64,000 nt of DNA from NCBI RefSeq assembly GCF_032444005.1, contig NC_091285.1:12958001-13022000 (forward strand), given 5' to 3'. The notes under the pieces were generated by a model that had not been told where the DNA came from, did not search any database, and saw only the letters and a list, made by a program, of their open reading frames with translations. The number at the start of each line of letters is the position of its first letter. Within the stretch, counting starts at the first letter, position 1. Below, in pieces: positions 10,391 through 22,540 of the stretch. The stretch comes from Ranitomeya imitator (taxonomy: Eukaryota). Made by a program: the position numbers and the translations under genes.

Positions 10391-10616
10391 TTTAGTACTA
10401 CTGTGGTGATTTCCATAAATTTCATCTATATTATGCATTTGAAAACCCATATCTTGAATGCGGCTGTTTCTTCAAGCATCTGCACAGATGTGAACAGTGA
10501 CTGTAGCTGCACACCTGTATGACTGAAAGTCAGCAGCTCCCAGGAAGAATAAAGTTAATTTTCTCCTAGAAGCAGCACTTTCAGTACGGCAACAGGGCAA
10601 CTTTCTAACACTAATA

Positions 10617-10904
10617 AAGCGAACCTGTCACCAGGATTGACCGATACCTGCATTCTATAATGCTGTAAATAAGCCCCGATCCGACCTACAAGACAACATA
10701 AAGAGCTCTTGTTATACTCACCTATGGGGCGGTCCGGAATGAGAGATGTTGCTCTTCTTTATCTGGTGCCTCCTTTCTTCTTTCGATGCCGTCCTCCTTC
10801 TTGTGGATGACGCGTCCCTAAGTCATCCACACAGTCTCCTCGGCATTGCGCTCCTGCGCAGGCCTACTTATCTGCTCTAAGGCAGATTAAAGTACAGCAG
10901 TATG
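10617..10904. mobile_element. T2/Kolobok-type MITE fragment
   Basis: Starts (a)TAA|AGCGAACCTGTCACC, similar to the intact copy at 49146-49775; interrupted by Tc1. Confidence 0.55.
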
Positions 10905-10906
10905 TA

Positions 10907-12466
10907 CAGGTCCTTCTCAAAAAATTAGCATATAGTGTTAAATTTCATTATTTACCATAATGTAATGATTACAATTAAACTTTCATATATTATAGATTCA
11001 TTATCCACCAACTGAAATTTGTCAGGTCTTTTATTGTTTTAATACTGATGATTTTGGCATACAACTCCTGATAACCCAAAAAACCTGTCTCAATAAATTA
11101 GCATATTTCACCCATCCAATCAAATAAAAGTGTTTTTTAATAACAAACAAAAAAACCATCAAATAATAATGTTCAGTTATGCACTCAATACTTGGTCGGG
11201 AATCCTTTGGCAGAAATGACTGCTTCAATGCGGCGTGGCATGGAGGCAATCAGCCTGTGACACTGCTGAGATGTTATGGAGGCCCAGGATGCTTCAATAG
11301 CGGCCTTAAGCTCATCCAGAGTGTTGGGTCTTGCGTCTCTCAACTTTCTCTTCACAATATCCCACAGATTCTCTATGGGGTTCAGGTCAGGAGAGTTGGC
11401 AGGCCAATTGAGCACAGTAATACCATGGTCAGTAAACCATTTACCAGTGGTTTTGGCACTGTGAGCAGGTGCCAGGTCGTGCTGAAAAAATGAAATCTTC
11501 ATCACCATAAAGCATTGACCCTGCCCTTGATGAAACACAGTGGACCAACACCAGCAGCTGACATGGCACCCCACACCATCACTGACTGTGGGTACTTGAC
11601 ACTGGACTTCAGGCATTTTGGCATTTCCTTCTCCCCAGTCTTCCTCCAGACTCTGGCATCTTGATTTCTGAATGACATGCAAAATTTGCTTTCATCAGAA
11701 AAAAGTACTTGGGACCACTTAGCAACAGTCCAGTGCTGCTTCTCTGTAGCCCAGGTCAGGCGCTTCTGCCGCTGTTTATGGTTCAAAAGTGGCTTTACCT
11801 GGGGAATGCGGCACCTGTAGCCCATTTCCTGCACACGCCTGTGCACGGTGGCTCTGGATGTTTCCACACCAGACTCAGTCCACTGCTTCCTCAGGTTCCC
11901 CAAGGTCTGGAATCGGTCCTTCTCCACAATCTTCCTCAGGGTCCGGTCTCCTCTTCTGGTTGTACAGCGTTTTCTGCCACATTGTTTCCTTCCAACAGAC
12001 TTACCATTGAGGTGCCTTGATACAGCACTCTGGGAACAGCCTATTTGTTGAGAAATTTCTTTCTGGGTCTTACCCTCTTGCTTGAGGGTGTCAATGATGG
12101 CCTTCTTGACATCTGTCAGGTCGCTAGTCTTACCCATGATGGGGGTTTTGAGTAATGAACCCGGCAGGGAGTTTATAAAAGCCTCAGGTATCTTTTGCAT
12201 GTGTTTAGAGATAATTAGTTGATTCAGAAGATTAGGGTAATAGGTCGTTTAGAGAACCTTTTCTTGATATGCTAATTTATTGAGACAGGTTTTTTGGGTT
12301 ATCAGGAGTTATATGCCAAAATCATCAGTATTAAAACAATAAAAGACCTGACAATTTTCAGTTGGTGGATAATGAATCTATAATATATGAAAGTTTAATT
12401 GTAATCATTACATTATGGTAAATAATGAAATTTAACACTATATGCTAATTTTTTGAGAAGGACCTG
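10907..12466 (-). mobile_element. Tc1 (DD34E, long IR/DR TIRs) transposon, copy 1, defective
   Basis: TA TSD; ~200-bp TIRs CAGGTCCTTCTCAAAAAATTAGC; transposase 12137->11185 with FSDESKF, FQHDLAPAH, SPDLNPIE (34 residues between D and E); internal deletion/frameshift at ~11500. Confidence 0.95.
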
Positions 12467-12553
12467 TATGTGTTGGGGTTCTTTGACTCTTTCTGAAGCC
12501 TGCGCACTGCAGCATTTTGTTCTGCCTTTTTAGTCAGGGCGGCTAGGGTATTA

Positions 12554-12892
12554 GGCTGTGTGCACACATTGCTGATTTTTCGCATTTTTTCGCTATAAAA
12601 ACACTATAAAACCGCAAAAAAAAGCATACAATATGCATCCCATCATTTTGAATGAATTCTGCATGTTTTGTGCGCGAAAAAAACGCATCGCGGTAAAAAA
12701 CGCAGCATGTTCATTAATTTTGCTGTTTTTTTTTGCGGATTTCCTACTATAAAATGCATTGGGAGATGTCCGGAAAAAACGCATCAAAAACGCGTCAGAA
12801 ACGCGGCAAAAACGCATGGAGATTTATTGCAGAAAATTTCAGGTTTTTCTCAGGAATTTTCTGCAAGAAATCCTGAATGTGTGCACATAGCC
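12554..12892. mobile_element. PIF/Harbinger-like MITE
   Basis: TTA|GGCTGTGTGCACAC ... GTGTGCACATAGCC|TAA. Confidence 0.75.
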
Positions 12893-13070
12893 TAAGAGTG
12901 GGCTGTCAGTCAGTGCGGGGAGCACAGTTACAGCCGCGGGAGTGATCGCTATGCACTGAACAGTGACTTAACCCTCGCTGGCCCACCCTTATGGCTGAAT
13001 GCCAAATGCTGCCAGGCGGGTATAAAGTTAACTTCCTCCTGGGCACTGAGTGCTGGCACTAGGCAGCTTC

Positions 13071-13395
13071 AGGCTCTGTGCACACGTTGCGGATTTTGCT
13101 GCGGATCCGCAGCGTTTCCGCACCTGCGGATCCGCAGCAGTTTCCCATAAGTTTACAGTACAATGTAAACCTATGGGAAATAGAAAACGATGTGCACATG
13201 CTGCGGAAAAAAACGCGCGGAAATGCAGCGGATTATTTTCCGCAGCATGTCACTTCTTTGTGCAGAATCCGCAGCGGTTTTCCATCTGCTCCAATAGAAA
13301 ACTGCAGATGGAAAACCGCAGTAGAATCCGCATTAAAAACCGCGATAAATCTGCAGTAAAAACCGCAGCGGATTTTTATACGTGTGCACATACCC
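13071..13395. mobile_element. PIF/Harbinger-like MITE
   Basis: TCA|GGCTCTGTGCACACG ... CGTGTGCACATACCC|TAA; internal GCGGATCCGC palindromes. Confidence 0.7.
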
Positions 13396-14020
13396 TAAGA
13401 ATGCTATTGACTGCAGATTAATCTCATATCTGCAGGCTAAGGCTACATACACACGTGGCGTTTTTTCTGCAGCAAGATCTGCTTTCTTGGCAGTAAAGAA
13501 GCTGCGGAAAAAAGCAGGTTTTGCTTGTTTTTTGTTGCGCATTTTTGTTGTTTTTTATTATGCTACTTTTATTTCTTGTGCAAGCTGATAAAGTTTTGTG
13601 ACCCCCCAAAAATCATATTCTATTCCAAAACCTGATACCTGCATTTTTCAGAGTTTTTTCAGCGTTCTTTCACCACCCATTACTTTCAATGGGTGAAAAA
13701 TGCTGAAAAAATGCTGAAAAAAAGACATGCTGCATTTTGCAAAAACCAAGCAAAGCACAAAATATTGAGGACAAAAAAACCCAACAAATAAACAGTGTGC
13801 ATGAGATTTCTGAAATCTCATAGACTTTGCTGGTACTGTGAAACGCAGCTGAAAATTTGCATTAAAAAATACACAGCAAAAACGTATACATGTGAACATA
13901 GCACTATAGTGTTTTTTTTTAACATGACAGGTTCCCTTTAAACATGAAGAAATCAACTTTGTTTCCTGTAACTGTAGATAAGACATCTGTTCCCATCAAT
14001 CAGATTATAAAGTTAATAAT

Positions 14021-14034
14021 AGCTCTTCCCACAG
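14021..14034 (+). other. Probable 3' splice acceptor of the TRIM coding exon (also 26411-26423)
   Basis: ttaat...agctcttcccacag|G, 66 nt upstream of gccATGG; conserved in both copies. Confidence 0.45.
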
Positions 14035-14100
14035 GATGTGCAATGTCATATTTGCTGGAACATACACTTGGAAGATTCATTTGTGGTAAATCCAGAAGCC

Positions 14101-15762
14101 ATGGCGTCTGCTAATCTCCGAGACGAGCTAACATGCTCTATCTGTATGGACATTTATAGAGATCCCGTAACCCTGATATGTGGACACAACTTCTGCCGGG
14201 TCTGTATTGATCGTGTGCCGGATACAGATGGCGGGTATGGAGAATATTCCTGTCCTGAATGTAGAGCAACATTTCACAGGAGGCCTCCACTACAGAGGAA
14301 CATAACTCTGTGTAATGTGGTGGAGAATGTCCTGTCTACTCAGCCACATCATGAGGAGATCACCGGGATCTGCTGCACTTACTGTGTGGACCCTCCAGTA
14401 CCTGCTGTTAAATCCTGTCTCCTGTGTGAGGCTTCTCTGTGTGATAATCACCTGAGGGTTCACAGCAATGGACCAGAACACGTCCTCACTGATCCCAGCA
14501 CTTCTCTGGAGACCAGGAAATGTTCTGTCCATAAGAAGATCCTGGAATATTACTGCACTGAGGACGAGGCTTGTATCTGTGTGTCCTGCAGTTTGGCCGG
14601 AGAACATCGGGGACATCGGGTGGAGATGCTGGATGAGGCCTCTGGAAAGAAAAAGGAGAAACTGAGAAATGTTCTGCAAAAATTGATCACAAGGAAGAAA
14701 AAGACCGAGGAAAGATTTCACAGTCTGGAGGAGCACTGGAGAAAAGCTCAAGAAAAAGCAGCTGGAGAAGCCGAGAGAGTCATTGCCCTGTGTACAGATA
14801 TCAGGAGATGGGTGGACGACCTGGAGAAGAAGGTCCTGAGTGATATCAAAAGGCAGGCAGAGAAGATGTCACTGTCCCTGTCTGCTCGGATCCATCAGCT
14901 GGAAATAAAGAAGGACGAGTTGTCCAGGAAGATGAGACACATTGAGGAGCTGTGTAACATGACGGATCCACTGACTGTCTTACAGGAACCAGACACCGGT
15001 GACTTGTGTGATCCTGAGGAGGGAGGTGATGAGGACACAGGAGGACATGATGGAGGTGATGAGGACACAGGAGGACATGATGGAGGTGATGAGGACACAG
15101 GAGGACATGATGGAGGTGATGAGGTCATAGAGGTACATGATGGAGGTGATGAGGACACAAGAGGACATGATGGAGGTGATCGGGGTGCGGAGCTGATCTC
15201 ACACATATCACACACATTATCTGCTATGATAAGAGATATAAACATGATCTTCTCTGTTCAGGATCCTGCAGACATATTACTGGATGTAAACACGGCTGCT
15301 AATAATCTCCTTATATCAGACGACCTGAAAACTGCGACCTGGACAGAAATAACGCAGAATCGTCCAGAAACAGCAGAGAGATTCCAGTATAATCAGGTGA
15401 TGAGCGGGAGAGGATTTACCTCAGGACGACATTACTGGGATGTGGAGATCAGGGGATCACCTAGTTGGAGGGTGGTGATGTGTTATCCCACAATGGACAG
15501 GGGAGATCAGTCATACATTGGGTATAATAACAAGTCCTGGGGTTTATTTGGAGGGAGGCAGTATAATAATCAGTGTTCAGTGAGACATGACAGTAAAGTG
15601 ATCCTGTTACCTCATCAGATCTCCAGTGATGGAGTCAGGATACATCTGGATTATGAGGCCGGGCAGTTGTCCTTTTATGAGCTGTGTGACCCCATCAGAC
15701 ACTTACACACCTTCACTGCCGCCTTCTCCGAGCCCCTTCATATGTATCTAATGGTTCTATAA
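14101..15762 (+). CDS. TRIM E3 ligase, class IV (RING, B-box1, B-box2, coiled coil, PRY/SPRY), TRIM25/finTRIM-like; copy 1, C-terminus frameshifted
   Basis: Kozak gccATGG; CSICMDIYRDPVTLICGHNFC RING; two B-boxes; LLDVNTAANNL PRY; GRHYWDVE SPRY; single coding exon. Confidence 0.92.
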   Translation: MASANLRDELTCSICMDIYRDPVTLICGHNFCRVCIDRVPDTDGGYGEYSCPECRATFHRRPPLQRNITLCNVVENVLSTQPHHEEITGICCTYCVDPPVPAVKSCLLCEASLCDNHLRVHSNGPEHVLTDPSTSLETRKCSVHKKILEYYCTEDEACICVSCSLAGEHRGHRVEMLDEASGKKKEKLRNVLQKLITRKKKTEERFHSLEEHWRKAQEKAAGEAERVIALCTDIRRWVDDLEKKVLSDIKRQAEKMSLSLSARIHQLEIKKDELSRKMRHIEELCNMTDPLTVLQEPDTGDLCDPEEGGDEDTGGHDGGDEDTGGHDGGDEDTGGHDGGDEVIEVHDGGDEDTRGHDGGDRGAELISHISHTLSAMIRDINMIFSVQDPADILLDVNTAANNLLISDDLKTATWTEITQNRPETAERFQYNQVMSGRGFTSGRHYWDVEIRGSPSWRVVMCYPTMDRGDQSYIGYNNKSWGLFGGRQYNNQCSVRHDSKVILLPHQISSDGVRIHLDYEAGQLSFYELCDPIRHLHTFTAAFSEPLHMYLMVL

Positions 15763-18487
15763 GGATATTGGGAAACAGCTGAGAAACTATTTTCATAGAA
15801 GAAATCAATCCAAGAGAGCAGAATATATGACTGGTGGATCATACAGATACTGGGTGGACCCTTATGGAGGATTTCTTTCTTTGTGGTGCATTTTGACATT
15901 CATTTCACAAATGCAGATAAGAGATAACTATTTTTTTTTCAAAACGTTTACAAAACAACATCCATAGATTATTTGGCCTTATTCAGATGTTCATGTAAGT
16001 GTTCTATCCGTGATTTATCAGATAGAAAATGAATCTGCTTTTGCGTACCATGAAAAATCACGGATGCGTGAATGAGGCCTTAGGCTGCTTAGAAACGTTC
16101 AAGATTTCTGACCATTTAGGAATTCTTTCTTAAAATGCCACCAACCTGTGGCTAACACCACACAAACACCGTGAACAAAAACTGGTTTAAGGGATACTTT
16201 TTGCCTGTTGTGGTGCCTGGCTGTGGGGGTTGGCACCCTAGGGGGAGCGTCGTGGCACCCCCGTTCAACGATGGCTATCCCTAGGGTCCCTAGATGCGCC
16301 CTGCAGAACCTATTTAGTCCCTCTACCCAGGTGAGTGACTAAAGGATCCCCTAATGTCTAGACACAGGTCACACCTATAGCTAGGGAAATCCTGACCCCC
16401 CAAACCGTATTTAAAAATAGAGAACATGTAAAATGGCATAAGGCGGCAATATACGAGTATATAGATTTGGCATAATACCGGTCTATATTTTTATATATGT
16501 AATAATATGATATCACTACATAGACCTCCGTACCCAAAGTTTCCAGCACATAATTATCATCTAGATGTACACCTCCAAAAATGTCATCATTTCTTATCTA
16601 TCTATTTATGTGCAGATTTTCCCCATAGACTTGCATTAGATTCAATAAATCTGCAGGTAAAAAGGCACGTGCGTTTTTAGCACATTTCTGCGGTGGAAAA
16701 GCACTAAAAACGCAGGTAATCCGCACATGACTGTATCAATAACATTTTATAAAAGCCAAAGACCAGGAAATACCAAAGACAAAGTAGTTTTATTTAGAAC
16801 ATGACATATACCAAAAACAGATAAAATACTCATACTCAAAAATGTGCTTAAAACATGTAAAAAAGTGCACTAAAAACCCAATGAAAAAACATAAGTAACT
16901 TAATTTATCTAATAGATGCAGAGCAACGTCAAAAACTCATCAAAAGCTCATTGTGGGCACAGAGACCTAAGGTTTTAAAAAATGTCAAGCATATAAAAGA
17001 AGTGACGAGTCCATTCTTCAGGTGTTTTCCGCTAGGACGGTGTCCAATTCTTTACAATAAAAGTCAACTGGAATGCTGAAATAATGCACAGAAGTTACAT
17101 GATTGTCTTTTTGAGTGTTATGTTAGCATTTTCACTAATGTTTTATTCATTGCTTAGTAGATATTAATAAAAAGTTAAAAAAATTGCCCAAAAAAGATGA
17201 ACAAATATGCTAATAATGAAGGTTACTTCTGCTACCAAATAAAACATTACATGATAATTTTATTCTTTGTTTGCCCCTAATTCAGGATTACGTAGAAGCG
17301 TTATAGTCCATAGATCTTGTAGCAAATACAGGTGTACATTTTCTCTGGACTCATTTTGCACTAGAGGACTGATGAGAGAGTAGGATTATACCAAGTGCAC
17401 AGAGATTATTGTTACTGGTGTCATCTGGCAAATTAGTAATTGATTAGTGAGATTTTTCTCACAATCCTAGCAGTGATCTCATTGAGGTTGCAGTTCATCA
17501 GCTGGCTCACAGTGAACTGAACTTGGGAACAGCTGGCAGTGACCGGCGCTAAACTCTATGACGTTACCGCTTGTCACTGAAGCTGCGTCCCAAGCTCAGC
17601 ATTTCCTGGATGTCAGGGTGAACGTTCGCATTATGCCACCTTTCATCAAGACCTCCAGATGTAGCATAGGTGAGGCAAATTGATTATCTTCTCGTCGGAC
17701 TGATAAGGAATATGTTTTTTTTTTTAAATTATTTTCATTTATATAGTAATAAATGGGAAAAAGTGGGTTGGGGAGTATATCTATCAAATAATTTTTATTT
17801 TTGCTGTGTATTTATTTCAAAACTTACTATGGGGTTAGTAATGGGGACGTCTTCTAGATGCCTCTCCATTACTAACCCCTGGGCTTAATGTCAGCTGACA
17901 ATACAAAGCTGACATCAATCCCAACCCTATTACCCCACTTGCCACTGCATCAGGGTGGGAAGAGAAAGACTACGAGCCAGATTTGGTGCATCTTATTGAT
18001 GCACCATTTCTAGGTTGGCTGAGGTCTAATGTTGGTAGCCTGCGGGGGGAAACAATATCTCTGGCCTCTTCCCAGGCTATTAATATCAACCCACAGCTGT
18101 CTGTTTAGCCTTTGCTGGTTTCAATCTATAGGGGGACCGTATGTTATTTTTTAAAATCTGGGGTCCTCTGTACACTACACAGTAATTGCTAAGCAAACAG
18201 CTGTGAGCTGTTATTAATAGCCTTGTGGAAACTTTTTGGGATATTGTTCCCTTTCCCAGATTATTAACAACATCCCCAAGCCGTGGGCTTTCTCTCTGCT
18301 AAATGCTTGGCACTCAAAAGGGTGCAGTGAACGAAAAGGTTTATTTCTTTGGTAACTTTATAATTAAAGTTCTCCAGTGGTAATCAGGTCGCCTTTATTG
18401 ACCTCTTTTTGCCTGGCTTATCTTTGACTCAGTGCCTGTTTTCCTACTGAAACACTAGTTACATCGTGGCTGACCAAGTCTCTTTAA

Positions 18488-18772
18488 GGCTACGTTCACA
18501 TTTGCGTTGCGTCGGGCACAGCCGCGGCGACGCATGCGTCATGCGCCCCTATATTTAACATGGGGGCGCATGGACATGCATTGTCTTGCGTTTGGTGACG
18601 CATGCGTTATTTTTGGCGCAAGCGTCAGGGCGCAGAGGACACAGCAAGTTGCATTTTTTATGCGTCCAAAAGCAAGCCAAAAATGGACGCATGCGTGACA
18701 AAACCATGCGTTTTTGCATGCGTTGTGCGTTGCGTCGCCGACGCAACACACAACGCAAATGTGAACATACCC
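18488..18772. mobile_element. PIF/Harbinger-like MITE present only in duplication unit 1
   Basis: TAA TSD (18485-87, 18773-75); unit 2 has the empty site TCTCTTTAACCC (~32152-32163). Confidence 0.9.
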
Positions 18773-19190
18773 TAACCCTTTTGTTTCCTCTCATTTAGAT
18801 CCACCATTACCTCATTCTCACTAATATATTCACTTTTCCCAGGAGCCTTATTCTGACTCTCACCCACCCCAGATACATAGTGTGGATATTAGCGTTCACA
18901 GTCCAGATTGAGAATCCCTTCCATGATCTTGTACTACTATCTGTTTCATGGGACAGATCACCACGTAGTGGCAGAGACTGGAAACTAGGCACAGATCACA
19001 AACTAGATCTTCCCGTAACCTTCTGGTATCACACTAATCTAACGCTATAATATTAGTATGATTGACTTTTTGGTCTTTATTTGTAAATATCTGTTTCACA
19101 ATGTACTACCGTAATCGCTGTTTACGGATGTTATCTTCTATTGATGATTGTTTACTATATGGGGCGTTCCAACATATCATATTTTCATGT

Positions 19191-19244
19191 CTTGTAAAGT
19201 TCTGATGAAGGTCCAAGTAAGGGATTGAAACGTTAATTATAAAG
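19191..19244 (+). ncRNA. Penelope-type minimal type I hammerhead ribozyme
   Basis: CTGATGA-A-GGTCC-aagtaag-GGATT-GAAAC-GTT with imperfect helix I (gtt/aat); followed by AATAAA and GAGTGCCG as in PLE pLTRs. Confidence 0.7.
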
Positions 19245-19420
19245 CTACCAAATAAACAATCCTTTTCGTTCACTGCAACCCAAGTATTGGCAAGTATTTA
19301 TCTACACTATTTCCGGGTTGGAACCACTACACAGAATAGGAGTGCCGTATATTTCTCCATATGATTTCTCTCTGTTAGTTGTGAAAATTACACAGGAGCT
19401 CACATTTTTTTTTTATTTAA

Positions 19421-20972
19421 CCCCTTCATGACCCAGCCTATTTTGACCTTAAAGACCTTGCCGTTTTTTGCAATTCTGACCAGTGTCCCTTTATGAGGTA
19501 ATAACTCAGGAACGCTTCAACGGATCCTAGCGGTTCTGAGATTGTTTTTTCGTGACATATTGGGCTTCATGTTAGTGGTAAATTTAGGTCAATAAATTAT
19601 GCGTTTATTTGTGATAAAAACGGAAATTTGGCGAAAATTTTGAAAATTTCGCAATTTTCACATTTTGAATTTTTATTCTGTTAAACCAGAGAGTTATGTG
19701 ACACAAAATAGTTAATAAATAACATTTCCCACATGTATACTTTACATCAGCACAATTTTGGAAACAACATTTTTTTTTGCTAGGAAGTTATAAGGGTTAA
19801 AATTTGACCAGCGATTTCTCATTTTTACAACGAAATTTACAAAACCATTTTTTTTAGGGACCACCTCACATTTGAAGTCAGTTTACGGGGTCTATATGGC
19901 TGAAAATACCCAAAAGTGACACCATTCTAAAAACTGCACCCCTCAAGGTGCTCAAAACCACATTAAAGAAGTTTATTAACCCTTCAGGTGCTTCACAGCA
20001 GCAGAAGCAACATGGAAGGAAAAAATGAACATTTAACTTTTTAGTCACAAAAATTATCTTTTAGCAACAATGTTTTTGATTTCACAATGGTAAAAGGAGA
20101 AACTGAACCACGAAAGTTGTTGTCCAATTTGTCCTGAGTACGCTGATACCTCATATGTGGGGGTAAACCACTGTTTAGGCGCACGGCAGCGCTTGGAAAG
20201 GAAGGAGCGCCATTTGACTTTTTGAATGAAAAATTGGCTCCACTCTTTAGAGGACACCATGTCACGTTTGGAGAGCCCCCGTGTGCCTAAAAATTGGAGC
20301 TCCCCCACAAGTGACCCCATTTTGGAAACTAGACACCCCAAGGAACTTATCTAGATGCATAGTGAGCACTTTGAACCCCAGGTGCTTCACAAATTGATCC
20401 GTAAAAATGAAAAAGTCCTTTTTTTCACAAAACAATTCTTTTAGCCTCATTTTTTTCATTTTCACATGGGCAACAGGATAAAATGGATCCTAATATTTGT
20501 TGGGCAATTTCTCCTGAGTACACCGATACCTCACATGTGGGGGTAAACCACTGTTTGGGCACATGGTAAGGCTCGGAAGGGAAGGAGCGCCATTTGACTT
20601 TTTGAATGAAAAATTATTTCCATCGTTAGCGGACACCATGTCGCGTTTGGAGAGCCCCTGTGTGCCTAAACATTGGCGCTCCCCCACAAGTGACCCCATT
20701 TTGGAAACTAGACACCCCAAGGAACTTATCTAGATGCCTAGTGAGCACTTTAAACCCTCAGGTGCTTCACAAATTGATCTGTAAAAGTACTTTTTTTTCA
20801 CAAAAAATTTCTTTTTGCCTCAATTTTTTCATTTTCACATGGGCAATAGGATAAAATGGATCCTAAAATTTGTTGGGCAATTTCTCCCGAGTACGCCGAT
20901 ACTTTATATGTGGGGGTAAACCACTGTTTGGGCACACGGCAGGGCTCGGAAGGGAAGGCGCGCCATTTGACT
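19421..20972. mobile_element. TTAA-CCC (piggyBac-like) non-autonomous element, truncated, with ~375-bp tandem repeats
   Basis: TTAA|CCCCTT start; empty TTAA at the paralogous site (~32798); repeat anchors GAGTAC at 20136, 20516, 20889; same family as 38992-43802. Confidence 0.8.
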
Positions 20973-21660
20973 AGGTGATGGAGTAAGCGGAGTAGGCCAC
21001 ATGGGCAGAGCAATGTCCAACAATAGATGTAGAACATGCGCTAGAACGCCTTCATCCTCTGTCCCAGCTGCCACATTTACCCAGTGTGCAGATAGGGAGA
21101 TGTAACGTCCCTGCCAATACTTACTGGTCCACGTATCGGTAGTTATCTGGACCTTGCCACTGATGGCGTTGCACAGTGCACACCTGATTTTGGTTGCAAC
21201 ATGTGTGTGCTGGGCAGGGATGGTCAACTTGAAACATTAGTGGTGGATGGGAACCACGTACTTAGCAACAGCCACCACCATCATTTATTTAAAATGGTTT
21301 TTCTCCATCAGCTGGAATGGCAGTGTTTCAAAGGCCAGGAATTGGTAACTGCTGTTATTCAGGACCAGGGCCTGTGGGCGGGTAGTGGGGTATTTCCTCT
21401 TTCTCTATGGGGTTTGGGTGATGGAGAGATGAACACTTCCATGGGACAGGGTGGAGATGCTTGGTGACACTGCTGCTGGTGGTGGTGTGGTCACATCCTG
21501 TCTTTGCGGGTAGGCTGTTGTTCGTGAGCTGGATGAAGAGGTCAAGACCGCAGCAGAAGAGGAAGCAGGAGGAAAGCTCACATCTGTCATGTTTTTTTTT
21601 AAGGTGTCTACTCTACTGCTGCTCGTACTTAGAACTCAGATGCAGGTGGTGCTCAGGTTA
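20973..21660 (-). pseudogene. hAT (ZBED-like) transposase fragment
   Basis: KVQITTDTWTS...RYISLSAHWVN motif typical of the hAT catalytic domain; upstream Ser/Thr-rich stretch. Confidence 0.7.
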
Positions 21661-22540
21661 AGAAAATGTTAAAAAAAAAAATAAAAAAAATCAGAAGAGA
21701 CTGCTTCATGACTTTGGGCTCATACTGCTTGGCCGATTTGCAAAGGGGTGAGGTGGTAGAAAGATGCCCACGGTTCTCAGGTGAAAACTCTGCTTTCAGC
21801 AGTGGACCCAGTGGAAGGAACTAGAGGCGCTCTCAGCCATCATAGATGAGGAGGGTGAGGTTTTATTGTCCTGTGATTTAGGTCTGATCCAGGGTTGTGA
21901 AGTCTCCAGGAGGTCTGAGGGAAACATTCCTTAATTGATGGAGCAAGACAAATAAATGCGACACATTCATTCCAGCTGTGTCACAGGTCGTCAGAGTTTT
22001 GTAAACCATTAGTACAAAAAAAAATAAAAATGTATGTAAATATTGCCTAACACTCCAGAGATACATTATTCCTCTGGAAAATATGTCACAGCCTGTCCCA
22101 TCAGTGGTGGCAGCAGCACCCTCAGAGAAAAGCAGCTTATGTCTTTTACAGAAAAAACAATTATGGATTTAAAAAAAAACACCCAAGTGCGGGTCCGGTC
22201 TACTGGTGAGGACGTCCCTACAGATAGTTTCCCCAATAACCTACAATGTGTAAACTCAGCCTGATACAGATCCAACTCCTTACTCTCCACTAATGTCACC
22301 CCGCGCTTAAGAATTATAGAAATGAAAATTCAACTCATAGCTGTCAAACAATTTTATTACAAGTCAAATAGTTAGAAATAAAAGAGATATATAAATATAT
22401 GCATAAATACAAATGAATAAGTTGTGTTTTAGAAATCAAAACAATAAATTAAACATGACAGATTAATGATAAAAAAGCAAAACACATTTTGTACCAAAGT
22501 CCCCGGTGCTTTAGCTGCAAAATTGTATTGTGGTGCTTAA

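Larger units (their letters stand above)
2654..10614. mobile_element. Fold-back element with Penelope-like (pLTR/hammerhead) arms, interrupted by nested insertions; own sequence = 2654-3058 + 9284-9575 + 10362-10614
   Basis: 2654-3058 is the reverse complement of 10362-10614 (e.g. agtgttagaaagttgccc / gggcaactttctaacact). 9284-9394 is the reverse complement of 9455-9567 around a 60-bp loop. Each arm has hammerhead core + AATAAA/ATAAA + GAGTGC/GAATGC, as in PLE pLTRs. Confidence 0.75.
13390..19420 (+). repeat. Segmental duplication unit 1 (TRIM + PLE hammerhead); paralog of 25793-32800
   Basis: Collinear high similarity from AGAATGCTATTGACTGCAG to GGAGC(T/C)CACA...TTTAA, apart from later TE insertions and a deletion. 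Confidence 0.92.

Noticed and set aside
13949-13972. ISRE-like element upstream of the TRIM exon
   Set aside because: ACTTTGTTTCC does not fit GAAANNGAAA, and it probably lies in an intron.
14038-14100. 21-codon N-terminal extension of TRIM copy 1
   Set aside because: It starts at GTG and is not conserved in frame in copy 2; the Kozak ATG at 14101 matches copy 2's start.
16070-16100. GAAACGTT as a third hammerhead
   Set aside because: No CUGANGA or UUGANAA core upstream, and the paralog reads GAAACTTT.
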